From Gemmatimonadota bacterium (GTDB lineage: Bacteria; Gemmatimonadota; Gemmatimonadetes; Longimicrobiales; RSA9): DNA of 19,572 bases. The notes under the pieces were generated by a model. It saw only the letters and a list, made by a program, of their open reading frames with translations. It was not told the DNA's origin and ran no database searches. Location: positions 9,333 through 28,904 of the forward strand of contig JBBDRO010000101.1 of assembly GCA_040905425.1 (NCBI GenBank), given 5' to 3'. The translations under genes were made by a program, and so were the position numbers. Below, piece by piece: positions 5,185 to 13,770 of this stretch. Position 1 is the first letter of the stretch; every line of letters begins with the position of its first letter.

Positions 5185-7901
5185 TTCTCGGCCAGGCGCG
5201 CCCGCTGGTCACGGAACGCCTCCGCCTTGGTACGCTCCTTCTCCACCACCTCGGCCGGCGCCCGCGTCACGAACTGCTCGTTGGCCAGCTTGCCCTCGGT
5301 ACTGCGGATCTGCCCGTCCAGGCGCTCGATCTCCTCGGTAAGGCGGGCGCGCTCCCGCTCCAGATCGATGATGCCCTCCAGCGGAATGAAGAGTTCCACC
5401 CCCCCGCGCAGCACCTGGTGGGCGCCCACGCCGGCGCCGTTCCCGGCCGGGCCCGTCTCCAGGGACTCCACGCGCGCCATGCGCGCCAGCGCCCGCTCCT
5501 CCACGGCCAGGGCCGCGGCCAGCTCCGGGCTGATGTTGTCCAGGCGAATCGGCACGGTGGCGGCCGCCGGTACGTTGTACTCGGAGCGCAGCGTCCGCAC
5601 GGCCCCGATGAGCTCCATGAGCGCCTCCATGCCCGCCTCGGCGGCGGCATCCGCGCGTGCCGGATCGGGCTCAGGCCACCGGGACACCACCAGCGACGCC
5701 TCCCGCCGCTCCTCCGCGGGCAGCGGCAGACGGAGCCAGAGCGCCTCGGTGATGAACGGCGTGATGGGGTGCAGGATGCGCAGAATGCCATCCAGCGCGG
5801 CCACCAGCGTGGCCTCCGCGGCCGCCCGGCTCGCGGGACCCGCTTCACCCTTCAGACGCCCCTTGACCAGCTCCAGGTACCAGTCCGCGAACTCGCTCCA
5901 GAAGAAGTGATAGGCCGCGTCCGCCGCCTCGTGGAAGCGGAACGCCTCGAGCTGGCGGGTGACCTCCGTCACGGCCCGGTCCAGACGCGTCAGGATCCAC
6001 CGATCCGCGATCTCCAGGTCCTCCGCCACGCTCTCCAGCCGCGGCGCCGCGTCACCTTCCAGGTTCATGAGGGCAAAGCGGCCCGCGTTCCAGAGCTTGT
6101 TGGCAAAGTTGCGCCCCGTGGCAAAGCTCTGATCCAGGTCCTTGTGGTCCATGTGGAGGTCGGTGCCCATGCCCTGGCCGGACACCACCGTGAAGCGCAG
6201 GGCGTCGGCCCCGTAGAGGCGTACCACTTCCAGGGGGTCGATCCCGTTGCCCAGGGACTTGGACATCTTGCGCCCCTGGATGTCACGCACGGTGCCCGTC
6301 AGGTACACGTCCTGGAAGGGTTCCTCTCCCATGAACTCGATGCCCGCCATGATCATGCGGGCCACCCAGAAGAAGAGGATCTCCGGCGCCGTGACCAGCG
6401 TGTTGGTGGGATAGAACGCCTGCAGATCATCCGTTTCCTCCGGCCAGCCGAGCGTGGAGAACGGCCACAGCCAGGAGCTGAACCAGGTGTCCAGGACATC
6501 GGGATCCTGCACCAGGTCGCCCCCCCCACAGCCGGGGCACGAGGTGGGATCCTCCCGCGCCACGATGGTCTCACCGCACGCTGCATCCTGACAGTACCAC
6601 ACGGGGATCCGATGCCCCCACCAGAGCTGCCGGGAGATGCACCAATCCCGGATGTTCTCCAGCCAGTGCTCGTAGACCTTCTTCCAGCGCTCCGGCGTGA
6701 AGCGCACGCGCCCCTCGCGGGAGGCCGCCAGCGCCGGTTCGGCCAGCGGCTTCATGCGCACGAACCACTGGTCCGACAGGCGGGGCTCCACCACCGTGTC
6801 ACACCGATAGCAACGCGGCACGCTGTGCGCGTGGTCCTCCACGCGCTCCAGCAGCCCGTGCGCCTCGAACGCGGCCACCACACGCGTGCGAGCCTCGAAG
6901 CGGTCCAGCCCCCGGAACGCTTCGGGCACGGTGTCATTCATGCGCCCGTCGGGCAGCATGATGTCGCGCGGGCCGATCCCCTCGTGTCGGCCGGCCAGTT
7001 CGAAGTCGTTGGGATCATGGGCCGGTGTGATCTTCACCGCGCCGCTGCCGAACTCCGGATCCACGTAGGCATCGGCAACCACGGGGATACGCCGTCCGGT
7101 GAGGGGCAGTTCGACCTCCGCGCCCACCAGCTCGGCGTAGCGCCCGTCCTCCGGGTGCACGGCCACCGCCGTGTCCCCCAGCATGGTCTCGGGCCGGGTG
7201 GTGGCCACCACCACGTAGGAGCGGCCGTCCGGCAAGCGCGGCCGGCCGGGGGCAGCCACGTCCGCGGCCAGCGGGTAGCGCAGGTGCCAGAGCTTGCCGT
7301 TGGTCTCGTGCGGCTCGGCTTCCTCATCCGAGAGGGCGGTCAGGCAGCGGGGGCACCAGTTGATGATGTAGTTGCCGCGGTAGACCAGGCCCTTTTCATA
7401 GAGCCGGACGAACACCTCGCGGACGGCCCGGGAGAGATCCTCCTCGAGCGTGAAGCGTGTGCGGCTCCAGTCACACGAACAGCCGATGGCGCGGAGCTGC
7501 TCCAGGATCGTGGAGCCGGTGGCGTCCACGAAGGACCACACGCGCTCCACGAAGGCCTGGCGTCCCATCTCCTGCCGGGTCGTGCCCTCCTGCGCCAGCT
7601 GGCGCTCGACCACGTTCTGCGTGGCAATACCCGCGTGGTCGGTGCCCGGTAGATAGAGCGCTTCGCGCCCCTGCATCCGGCGCCAGCGCGTGAGCACGTC
7701 CTGCAGAGTATTGTTCAGGCCGTGCCCCATGTGGAGCACCGCCGTCACATTGGGCGGTGGGATGACGATCACATACGGATCCCGCTCGCCCGGCCGGACC
7801 GCGCCCGCGCTGGCGCGGAAGTAGCCACGCTCTTCCCATGCATGGTAGAGGTCAGTCTCGGTGGCGGCGGGATCGTACTGCGCCGGTAGTGGCTCGGCCA
7901 T
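5166..7901 (-). CDS. valS: Valine--tRNA ligase
   Basis: About 911 aa from MAEPLPAQYDP. Class I motifs PPPNVTAVLHMGH and KMSKS, plus PGTDHAGIATQ, ATTRPETMLGD, DWCISRQLWWGHRIP, DVLDTWFSS and a C-terminal coiled coil (KLANEQFVTRAP). Confidence 0.98.
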   Translation of the reverse strand: MAEPLPAQYDPAATETDLYHAWEERGYFRASAGAVRPGERDPYVIVIPPPNVTAVLHMGHGLNNTLQDVLTRWRRMQGREALYLPGTDHAGIATQNVVERQLAQEGTTRQEMGRQAFVERVWSFVDATGSTILEQLRAIGCSCDWSRTRFTLEEDLSRAVREVFVRLYEKGLVYRGNYIINWCPRCLTALSDEEAEPHETNGKLWHLRYPLAADVAAPGRPRLPDGRSYVVVATTRPETMLGDTAVAVHPEDGRYAELVGAEVELPLTGRRIPVVADAYVDPEFGSGAVKITPAHDPNDFELAGRHEGIGPRDIMLPDGRMNDTVPEAFRGLDRFEARTRVVAAFEAHGLLERVEDHAHSVPRCYRCDTVVEPRLSDQWFVRMKPLAEPALAASREGRVRFTPERWKKVYEHWLENIRDWCISRQLWWGHRIPVWYCQDAACGETIVAREDPTSCPGCGGGDLVQDPDVLDTWFSSWLWPFSTLGWPEETDDLQAFYPTNTLVTAPEILFFWVARMIMAGIEFMGEEPFQDVYLTGTVRDIQGRKMSKSLGNGIDPLEVVRLYGADALRFTVVSGQGMGTDLHMDHKDLDQSFATGRNFANKLWNAGRFALMNLEGDAAPRLESVAEDLEIADRWILTRLDRAVTEVTRQLEAFRFHEAADAAYHFFWSEFADWYLELVKGRLKGEAGPASRAAAEATLVAALDGILRILHPITPFITEALWLRLPLPAEERREASLVVSRWPEPDPARADAAAEAGMEALMELIGAVRTLRSEYNVPAAATVPIRLDNISPELAAALAVEERALARMARVESLETGPAGNGAGVGAHQVLRGGVELFIPLEGIIDLERERARLTEEIERLDGQIRSTEGKLANEQFVTRAPAEVVEKERTKAEAFRDQRARLAEKRAALA

Positions 7902-7935
7902 GCGCTCCGTCGGTTGCGGGTATCCCAAACCACGA

Positions 7936-7965
7936 AGCTTAGCGGCACGCGTTTCCGGCCGTCAA
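7936..7965 (-). promoter_or_regulatory. Sigma70-type promoter for the valS operon
   Basis: Minus strand TTGACG (7965-7960), an 18-nt spacer, then TAAGCT (7941-7936), about 35 nt upstream of the valS ATG. Confidence 0.55.
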
Positions 7966-7972
7966 CCGCGGC

Positions 7973-8620
7973 TCACTCCGCCCGTGACTCCCCGGACGGG
8001 TTCTCCTCCAACTCCTCCTCCCCCATGCGGGTCGCGCCCAGTTGCTCCTCCGCCACGCGGGTCGCGCCCAGTTCCTCCTCCGCCACGCGGGCCGCGCCCA
8101 GCTCCTCACTGATGCGCTCGTTGCGATCATCGGGGCGATCCGGGTCCGTGTCCGGACTCTGGCGCCGTCGACCCATGCCCACCCCGAGACCGTACACCCC
8201 GCGCTCGTTCAGCGCGGGGTCACCCGCCTCCTTGCGGGCACGTGTCTCCTCGGCGTGCCGCAGCTCCGCTTCCACGTCCAGCCGGTTCACCACCGTGCGT
8301 ACGCCCGACATTGCCTGGGCCACCCGCACGGCCCGCTCCGCTTCCTCGCGCCGGGGCACGGTACCGCTCAGTTCCACCATGTCCTCGGCCAGAGCCGCCA
8401 CGGCCACGGGGGCGCCTCCCGCCACCTGGTCCGCGCGCAGCGCCTCCACCACGCGCTCCTCGAGCGCATCCGTGTCCGCGGCAGGGGTCCGGGCCGCATC
8501 CGGCTCGGTCGGGTGCGGTGGGCGCTTCGTGCGGCCGCTCACCACGACCACGCTGGCCACGGCTGCGGCCCCCGTGGCGGCCGCGGCGAACATCCATCGA
8601 GCAGCAGTCCAGGCTGACAT
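7973..8620 (-). CDS. BON (OsmY-like) domain protein with N-terminal hydrophobic segment and acidic repeat tail
   Basis: About 215 aa from ATG at 8620 (AAAGGA upstream). BON signature DALEERVVEALRAD...VELSGTVPRREEAERAVRVAQAMSGVRTVVNRLDV. Confidence 0.85.
   Translation of the reverse strand: MSAWTAARWMFAAAATGAAAVASVVVVSGRTKRPPHPTEPDAARTPAADTDALEERVVEALRADQVAGGAPVAVAALAEDMVELSGTVPRREEAERAVRVAQAMSGVRTVVNRLDVEAELRHAEETRARKEAGDPALNERGVYGLGVGMGRRRQSPDTDPDRPDDRNERISEELGAARVAEEELGATRVAEEQLGATRMGEEELEENPSGESRAE
8011..8107 (-). repeat. 30-bp (10-aa) coding tandem repeat, about 3.2 copies
   Basis: Units at 8011-8040, 8041-8070 and 8071-8100, encoding EELGAARVAE-EELGATRVAE-EQLGATRMGE-EEL. Confidence 0.9.
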
Positions 8621-8694
8621 GGCAGTCCTTTCAAAATCATTCGTTTGTGTTATCCTCTGAGCGTGCAAATCATGGACCCGCAGGGTCATGATCC

Positions 8695-8723
8695 TTGCAG
8701 CCCGATATTACAGGGCATAACTT
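8695..8723 (+). promoter_or_regulatory. Possible sigma70-type promoter for the GGDEF-EAL gene
   Basis: TTGCAG, a 17-nt spacer, then TAACTT, in the relatively AT-rich divergent intergenic region. Confidence 0.35.
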
Positions 8724-8785
8724 GGCCTTCCTCTCCCCACCGATAGACGACTCTCCACCTGGCGCCGATGCGCCGGAGGTCGCCG

Positions 8786-10981
8786 ATGATGGAGTTGTTA
8801 CTGGCTGCCGGCCCAGCCGGAGGGGACACGAATGTGCCCGCCGCTATATCCGTGCTGTTCCTGCTGCTGCTGGCCCGACCACGCCTGTGGTCCAGAAAGC
8901 GCGATGACGTTACGCCCGGTCGCGCCTCCATACACGTGCACGCCATCAGTGACCACAGTCCGGCCGTATTCGCGCTCCTTGACGACGACGGCCGGGTGGT
9001 GTCCCTGAGCCCGAACGCCCACGAGTGGCTCGGTCCGCCGGCCGAGCGCGCCATCGAGATGGGCCATTCCCTGTCCGAACTGCTGTGTATTCCCCGCCCC
9101 GAGGACGAAGCCGGCCTCCTGGCGGCGGTGCAGCGGGCCCTGCCCGGCCAGGCCCGCCGCTACGTGGTCGCGTGCCGGCGCCAGGACGGTGCGGACGGCG
9201 CGTGGGAGGTGTGGTTCAAGAACCTGCACGACGATCCGGACGTCTGCGGCACGCTGGTCGAGGTGAGGGACGCCACCGACCAGGTGAGCGACGCCGACCG
9301 TCTGACGCTCCTGGACGAAATCGTGGAGCGTGCCGCGGACAGTATCATGGTCACCGACGCCCATGGCACGATCGTGTACGTGAACCGTGAGTGCGAGCGG
9401 CGCACCGGCCACGCCGCGGATGCGTTGCTCGGCCAGACACCGGACGTGCTCCGCTCCGGGCGGCACCGGCCGGCCTACTTCACGCGCATGTGGGAGACCA
9501 TTAGCGCCGGCCGCGTCTTCCGTGGTGAACTCACCAACCGGCGGGCCGACGGTACCCTCTATGACGAGGAGATCATCATCACGCCCGTACGGGGCGAGGA
9601 CGGCACGGTGCACCGTTTCGTGTCGGTGGCGCGGGACGTCTCCGACCGCCGGCGCCTGGAGACCGAGGTAGCCGAGAAAGCCTTCTTCGATCCGGTCACG
9701 GGCCTGCCGAATATGCGCCTGCTCCGGGAGCGGGCGCGCCAGATCCTGGCGCTCGCCCGCCGGCGCGGCCACCTGGCCGCCCTGCTGCACGTGGACATCG
9801 ATCGACTCCGCCAGGTCAACGAGGCACGTGGCCGGGCCGTAGGGGACGAACTGCTGCGCGCCGTGGGACGCCGACTGGAGGAGAGCCTGCGAGAGAGTGA
9901 CACGCTCGCGCGCGCCGGCAGCGACGAATTCGTGGTGCTGCTCAGCGAGGTGAGTGACGAGGACGCCGCGGCCCGGGTGGTGCGGCGGCTGCGCGAGACG
10001 CTGTCGCGTCCCTACCAGCTCGGCGGCGACGCCCTGGACCTGAAGGTTCACGCCGGCGTGGCGCTCTACCCGCAGGACGCCACCACCTTCGATGAGTTGC
10101 TGGAGGATGCGTCCGTGGCGCTCGAACGGGCGCGGGCCGCCGACTCGGGCTTTGAGTTCTTCCGCCGCGAGCAGTCGGCGCTCAGCCATGATCGTCTCAA
10201 CCTGGAGGACGACCTGCGCTGGGCGTGGGAGCACGATCAGTTCGTCCTCCACTACCAGCCCATCCTGGCCGCGGGCTCGGGCAAGGTGGTGGGTGCCGAG
10301 GCGCTCACGCGCGGCAACGTGGTGGGTATGGAGGCGCTGGCCCGCTGGCCCCACCTGGAGCGGGGCATGATGAGCCCGGCGGATTTCATCCCGCTGGCCG
10401 AGCGCACAGGTCGCATTGTCTCACTGGATCGCTGGGCCATTGCCACGGCGGCGCGCCAGGCGGCCAGCTGGGCCCGGGGTGGTTGGGACGGCTGGGTGTC
10501 CGTGAACCTGTCGGCGCGCTCCCTCCACGATCCGGACCTGGCCGATTACGTGGGCCGTACGCTGCGCAACCACGGCCTGGCGCGCGAGCGCGTGGTGCTG
10601 GAGATCACCGAAAGCACCGCCATGCGGGATCCGGAAGTGACGGCCCAGGTGCTGCGGCGCCTGCGCGAGGCCGGCGCGCTGGTGGCGGTGGACGACTTCG
10701 GGATCGGCCACTCATCCCTGGCCTACCTCAAGCATTTCCCCGTGGACCTGCTGAAGCTGGATCGGAGCTTCGTGGCGGAGGTGGGTACCGGCACCAGGGA
10801 CGAGGAACTGGTGGGTCTGATCATTGACCTGGCCCATCGCATCGGCGCGCAGGTGGTGGCGGAGGGTGTGGAGCGGGAGGAGCAGTACGACTGGCTCCGG
10901 GAGGCGGGGTGCGACTACATCCAGGGCTTCCTGGTGGGCCGTCCTGGGCCACCGGACCAGGTGCCCGGCAGCGACCACTGA
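8786..10981 (+). CDS. PAS-PAS-GGDEF-EAL protein, probable c-di-GMP phosphodiesterase
   Basis: GGAGGT at 8775-8780 precedes ATGs at 8786 and 8789. Two PAS/PAC domains, then DPVTGLPN, RESD and GSDEF. EAL domain with HYQP, EAL, SVNLS, LEITES, DDFGIGHSSL, LKLDRSFV, VAEGVE and IQGFL. Confidence 0.93.
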   Translation: MMELLLAAGPAGGDTNVPAAISVLFLLLLARPRLWSRKRDDVTPGRASIHVHAISDHSPAVFALLDDDGRVVSLSPNAHEWLGPPAERAIEMGHSLSELLCIPRPEDEAGLLAAVQRALPGQARRYVVACRRQDGADGAWEVWFKNLHDDPDVCGTLVEVRDATDQVSDADRLTLLDEIVERAADSIMVTDAHGTIVYVNRECERRTGHAADALLGQTPDVLRSGRHRPAYFTRMWETISAGRVFRGELTNRRADGTLYDEEIIITPVRGEDGTVHRFVSVARDVSDRRRLETEVAEKAFFDPVTGLPNMRLLRERARQILALARRRGHLAALLHVDIDRLRQVNEARGRAVGDELLRAVGRRLEESLRESDTLARAGSDEFVVLLSEVSDEDAAARVVRRLRETLSRPYQLGGDALDLKVHAGVALYPQDATTFDELLEDASVALERARAADSGFEFFRREQSALSHDRLNLEDDLRWAWEHDQFVLHYQPILAAGSGKVVGAEALTRGNVVGMEALARWPHLERGMMSPADFIPLAERTGRIVSLDRWAIATAARQAASWARGGWDGWVSVNLSARSLHDPDLADYVGRTLRNHGLARERVVLEITESTAMRDPEVTAQVLRRLREAGALVAVDDFGIGHSSLAYLKHFPVDLLKLDRSFVAEVGTGTRDEELVGLIIDLAHRIGAQVVAEGVEREEQYDWLREAGCDYIQGFLVGRPGPPDQVPGSDH

Positions 10982-11004
10982 GCGTGGGGTCCGGCTAGCG
11001 GAAG

Positions 11005-11031
11005 GGGGCGGCACCTGCCAGGTGCCGCCCC
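11005..11031. terminator. GC-rich hairpin between convergent genes, probable bidirectional terminator
   Basis: ggggcggcacct-gcc-aggtgccgcccc (12-bp stem) with short aa/tt flanks, between the stops at 10981 and 11051. Confidence 0.65.
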
Positions 11032-11050
11032 TTGCTGCGTACGGCTCGGT

Positions 11051-11857
11051 TCAACCGCCACCGTTTTTGCGGCGCGCGGCGTCCACCCGCGCCCGCACCG
11101 CCTTGCCGCGGTCCTGCAGCGTGCCACGCGCGGCCGCGGCGGCGGCATGCGCCTCGATCTCCCGGAAGGCGCTGCTCCGCCCGGCAATGTCCATCGAGGA
11201 CGCGAATCCGATGGGCAGCGGCAGCGTCAGACTGCCCAGGTGGAGTTTGCCCGGCGAAACACCCCAGCGGCCGCCGTCCGCGTCACGAATGGTCCAGTCG
11301 GTAGCGGCTGCCTTGCGCTCCCAGTCCGCCACCAGCGAATCATTGTAGATGCCCAGCTTGTAGGCCAGTTCGGCAACCTCGTCCTCCATGGTGCGGAGCG
11401 GTGCGTGGGGATCCACCATGCGCAGCGGAGGGGCTGAGAGGCGCGCTGCCTCCGCACTCGCGGCGAGCCGCTCCCCCGCGCTGCGCACACGGGTGGGGGC
11501 CGGGGCCGGGGCGGGTGCCGCGCCGGGCTCCACCCGCGTCGGCGGCGCGAACGCCGGCAGCGTGAGGTCCAGGCGGGGGGTCGGACGCTCAGGATGGATG
11601 GTTGGCGGAATGTCGCTTGCCAGGATGCGCAGATTGACGACCCGGGACGCTTGGGTGGACCATGCGCTCTCGGGTGCCGGCGCCGTGGCGGGAGTTCCCA
11701 TAGCCGGTGCATCGAAGCGCAGCACCAGGAAGGCCAGCACGTGCAACGCCACGGACACGCACAGGCCGACCAGGAGCGGCCCGCGCGAGGAGCGCCGGCC
11801 GCCCGTGGACCGGCCAGGCGTGGTGGCGGCCCGGGCGGCGGATCGAGGCGTGTTCAT
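11051..11857 (-). CDS. Hypothetical membrane-anchored protein (TonB/TolA-like N-terminal helix, Pro-rich linker, unrecognised C-terminal domain)
   Basis: 268 aa. Basic N-terminus, TM segment LLVGLCVSVALHVLAFLVL, Pro/Ala-rich middle and a globular-looking C-terminus (YNDSL...DWTIRDADGGRWGVSPGKLHLG). Confidence 0.75.
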   Translation of the reverse strand: MNTPRSAARAATTPGRSTGGRRSSRGPLLVGLCVSVALHVLAFLVLRFDAPAMGTPATAPAPESAWSTQASRVVNLRILASDIPPTIHPERPTPRLDLTLPAFAPPTRVEPGAAPAPAPAPTRVRSAGERLAASAEAARLSAPPLRMVDPHAPLRTMEDEVAELAYKLGIYNDSLVADWERKAAATDWTIRDADGGRWGVSPGKLHLGSLTLPLPIGFASSMDIAGRSSAFREIEAHAAAAAARGTLQDRGKAVRARVDAARRKNGGG

Positions 11858-11974
11858 GTAGTGGTTGGTAACCCCGCGCGTCGGGTCGGTTCCGCAACTC
11901 CCTGAGCATGGGACGCCCCAGCCGCATTCAGGGTTGTCCGACCAGCCCGGTGCTAGGACGGCGCGGGAACGGCC

Positions 11975-13132
11975 TCAGCCCAGGGCGGAGAGGCGATCCG
12001 CCGCCTCCCGCAGCCGATCGGCGGGCTGCGTCAGGGCGTAGCGCAGCCAGCCGGCGCCGCCACTCCCCAGCGCACTCCCGGGCATGAGCACCACGCCGGC
12101 CTCGGTGAGCGCGCGGCGGGCGAAGGCCGCATCGTCGGCACCGGGCGCGCGCGTCCACAGGTACATGGTGGCCCGCGGTGCGGTGGCCTCCATCCCCGCC
12201 ACCGCGAGCGCGGACACCAGCGCGTCACGACGGCCCCGGAAGACCTCCACGTTGCCCGGCACCCACGTGTCCCACGCCCCCAGGGCGGCGCGGGCACCCT
12301 CCTGGACGGCCAGGAAGGCGCCGGTGTCCACGAAAGACTTGACCTTCTCCAGCGCCTGCACGGCGGCCGGATTGCCCACCGCGAAGCCGATCCGCCAGCC
12401 GGTCATGTTGTAGGTCTTGGAGAAGGAGTGGAACTCCACGGCCACCTCCCAGGCGCCGTCGATCTCCAGGATGCTGGGCGGGTGGTAGCCGTCGAAAGCA
12501 ATCTCACTGTACGCGTTGTCATAGGCCAGCAGGATATCATGCCGGGCGCAGAAGCGGACCGCATCCTCCAGGTAGCCGCGGGGCGCCACCGCGGCGGTGG
12601 GGTTGTTCGGATAGTTGAGGTAGAGGATGCGGGCCCGGGCCACCACGTCCCTGGGCAGCTCGTCCAGCGGCACCAGGAAGTCATTCTCCGCGCGCAGCGG
12701 CACGCGGTAGGGCTCTCCCCCCGCCAGCAGCGTACCCCCGGCATACGGCTGGTAGCCGGGGTCCGGGACGATGGTGGCGTCGCCGGCGGAAACGTACGCC
12801 AGCGCCAGGTGGGCAATGCCTTCCTTGGAGCCGATGAGCGGCAGGACCTCGCGGTAGGCGTCCACGTTCACGCCGAAGCGCTTCATCATCCAATCCGCCA
12901 CCGCCTCCCGGAAGGCCGGCAGGCCGAGCTGGAAGGCATAGCGGCCCATGTCCGGGTCCCGCAGAGCCGCGGCCACGGCCTCCAGCACCGGGGGCGGGGG
13001 CGAGAGATCCGCGTCGCCGGCGCCCAGGTCGATGACGTCCACACCCGCGGCCCGGAGCTCCCGCTTCAAGCGGGGCACGTCGGCCAGCGGATAGGGCGGA
13101 AAGCTGCGGAATCGTGCGGCCGTCTCGATCAT
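11975..13132 (-). CDS. Class I/II PLP-dependent aminotransferase, LL-diaminopimelate aminotransferase-like
   Basis: 385 aa from MIETAARF, with an ATGA overlap with the upstream stop. Motifs VIDLGAGDAD, LIGSKEGIAHL, PDPGY, YLNYPNNPTAA, DNAYSEI and EFHSFSKTYNMTGWRIG. Substrate inferred only. Confidence 0.88.
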   Translation of the reverse strand: MIETAARFRSFPPYPLADVPRLKRELRAAGVDVIDLGAGDADLSPPPPVLEAVAAALRDPDMGRYAFQLGLPAFREAVADWMMKRFGVNVDAYREVLPLIGSKEGIAHLALAYVSAGDATIVPDPGYQPYAGGTLLAGGEPYRVPLRAENDFLVPLDELPRDVVARARILYLNYPNNPTAAVAPRGYLEDAVRFCARHDILLAYDNAYSEIAFDGYHPPSILEIDGAWEVAVEFHSFSKTYNMTGWRIGFAVGNPAAVQALEKVKSFVDTGAFLAVQEGARAALGAWDTWVPGNVEVFRGRRDALVSALAVAGMEATAPRATMYLWTRAPGADDAAFARRALTEAGVVLMPGSALGSGGAGWLRYALTQPADRLREAADRLSALG

Positions 13133-13770
13133 GCTTCGTTCCTCACGGGGTTCTCCACGGCGCCCACGCCCGGCACGCGCACCTCCACGCGGTCCCCCTC
13201 GAGCAGCGGGCCCACCCCCTCCGGGGTGCCGGTGGCCACCAGGTCGCCGGGCTCGAGGGTCATGACGCGGGTGATGTAGGCCAGCAGCGCCGGGAAGGGG
13301 AACACCATGTCGGCGCTCCGGCCATGCTGACGCAGCTCCCCGTTGACCGCGCATTCCACCTCCAGGGTCCGCCAGTCCACCTCGGTGGCCGACACCATCG
13401 GCCCCAGCGGGCAGAAGGTGTCGTAGCTCTTGGCGCGCGTGAACTGCACGTCCAGACGCTGGAGGTCGCGCGCCGTAACGTCATTGAGCGGGGCGAAGCC
13501 GGCCACCACGGCCATGGCCTCCTCCTCCGCCACGTGCCGCGCGCGGCGGCCGATGACCAGGGCAATCTCCCCCTCGTGCTCCACGCGCGCCGAATCGGGC
13601 GGCAGCAGGATGGGCTGCCCCGGTGCCAGCAGTGCGGATGGGGCCTTGAGGAAGAGCAGCGGCCGGTCGGGCACGTCGTTGCCCAGCTCGCGGGCGTGGG
13701 CGGCGTAATTGCGGCCCACACAGACGATCTTCGAGGGGGCCGGCAGGGAGCCGGTCATTGGTGCATTCAT
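13129..13770 (-). CDS. Fumarylacetoacetate hydrolase family protein (FAHD/YcgM-like)
   Basis: 213 aa. Motifs PSKIVCVGRNYAAHAREL, FLKAPS, EHEGEIALVIG, NDVTARDLQ, AKSYDTFCPLGP and TLEPGDLVATGTPEGVG. Confidence 0.93.
   Translation of the reverse strand: MNAPMTGSLPAPSKIVCVGRNYAAHARELGNDVPDRPLLFLKAPSALLAPGQPILLPPDSARVEHEGEIALVIGRRARHVAEEEAMAVVAGFAPLNDVTARDLQRLDVQFTRAKSYDTFCPLGPMVSATEVDWRTLEVECAVNGELRQHGRSADMVFPFPALLAYITRVMTLEPGDLVATGTPEGVGPLLEGDRVEVRVPGVGAVENPVRNEA

Noticed and set aside
4830..7652. 940-aa plus-strand ORF, and similarly 2326-3996, 3467-5341, 13758-15962 and 16048-18384
   Set aside because: These are antisense shadows of well-supported genes, with no recognisable motifs. They are expected from high-GC codon bias.
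7902..7972. T-box leader for valS
   Set aside because: The intergenic space is only about 70 nt, with a promoter close to the start and no T-box motif or terminator.
8798..10354. 518-aa minus-strand ORF
   Set aside because: Antisense shadow of the PAS-GGDEF-EAL gene.
7973..11857. Genomic island or mobile insertion around the plus-strand gene
   Set aside because: No integrase, transposase, tRNA, flanking direct repeats or visible compositional shift in the coding regions.
13133..13354. Extended N-terminus of the aminotransferase ORF
   Set aside because: It overlaps the FAH gene out of frame. The ATGA coupling at 13129-13132 marks the likely real start.
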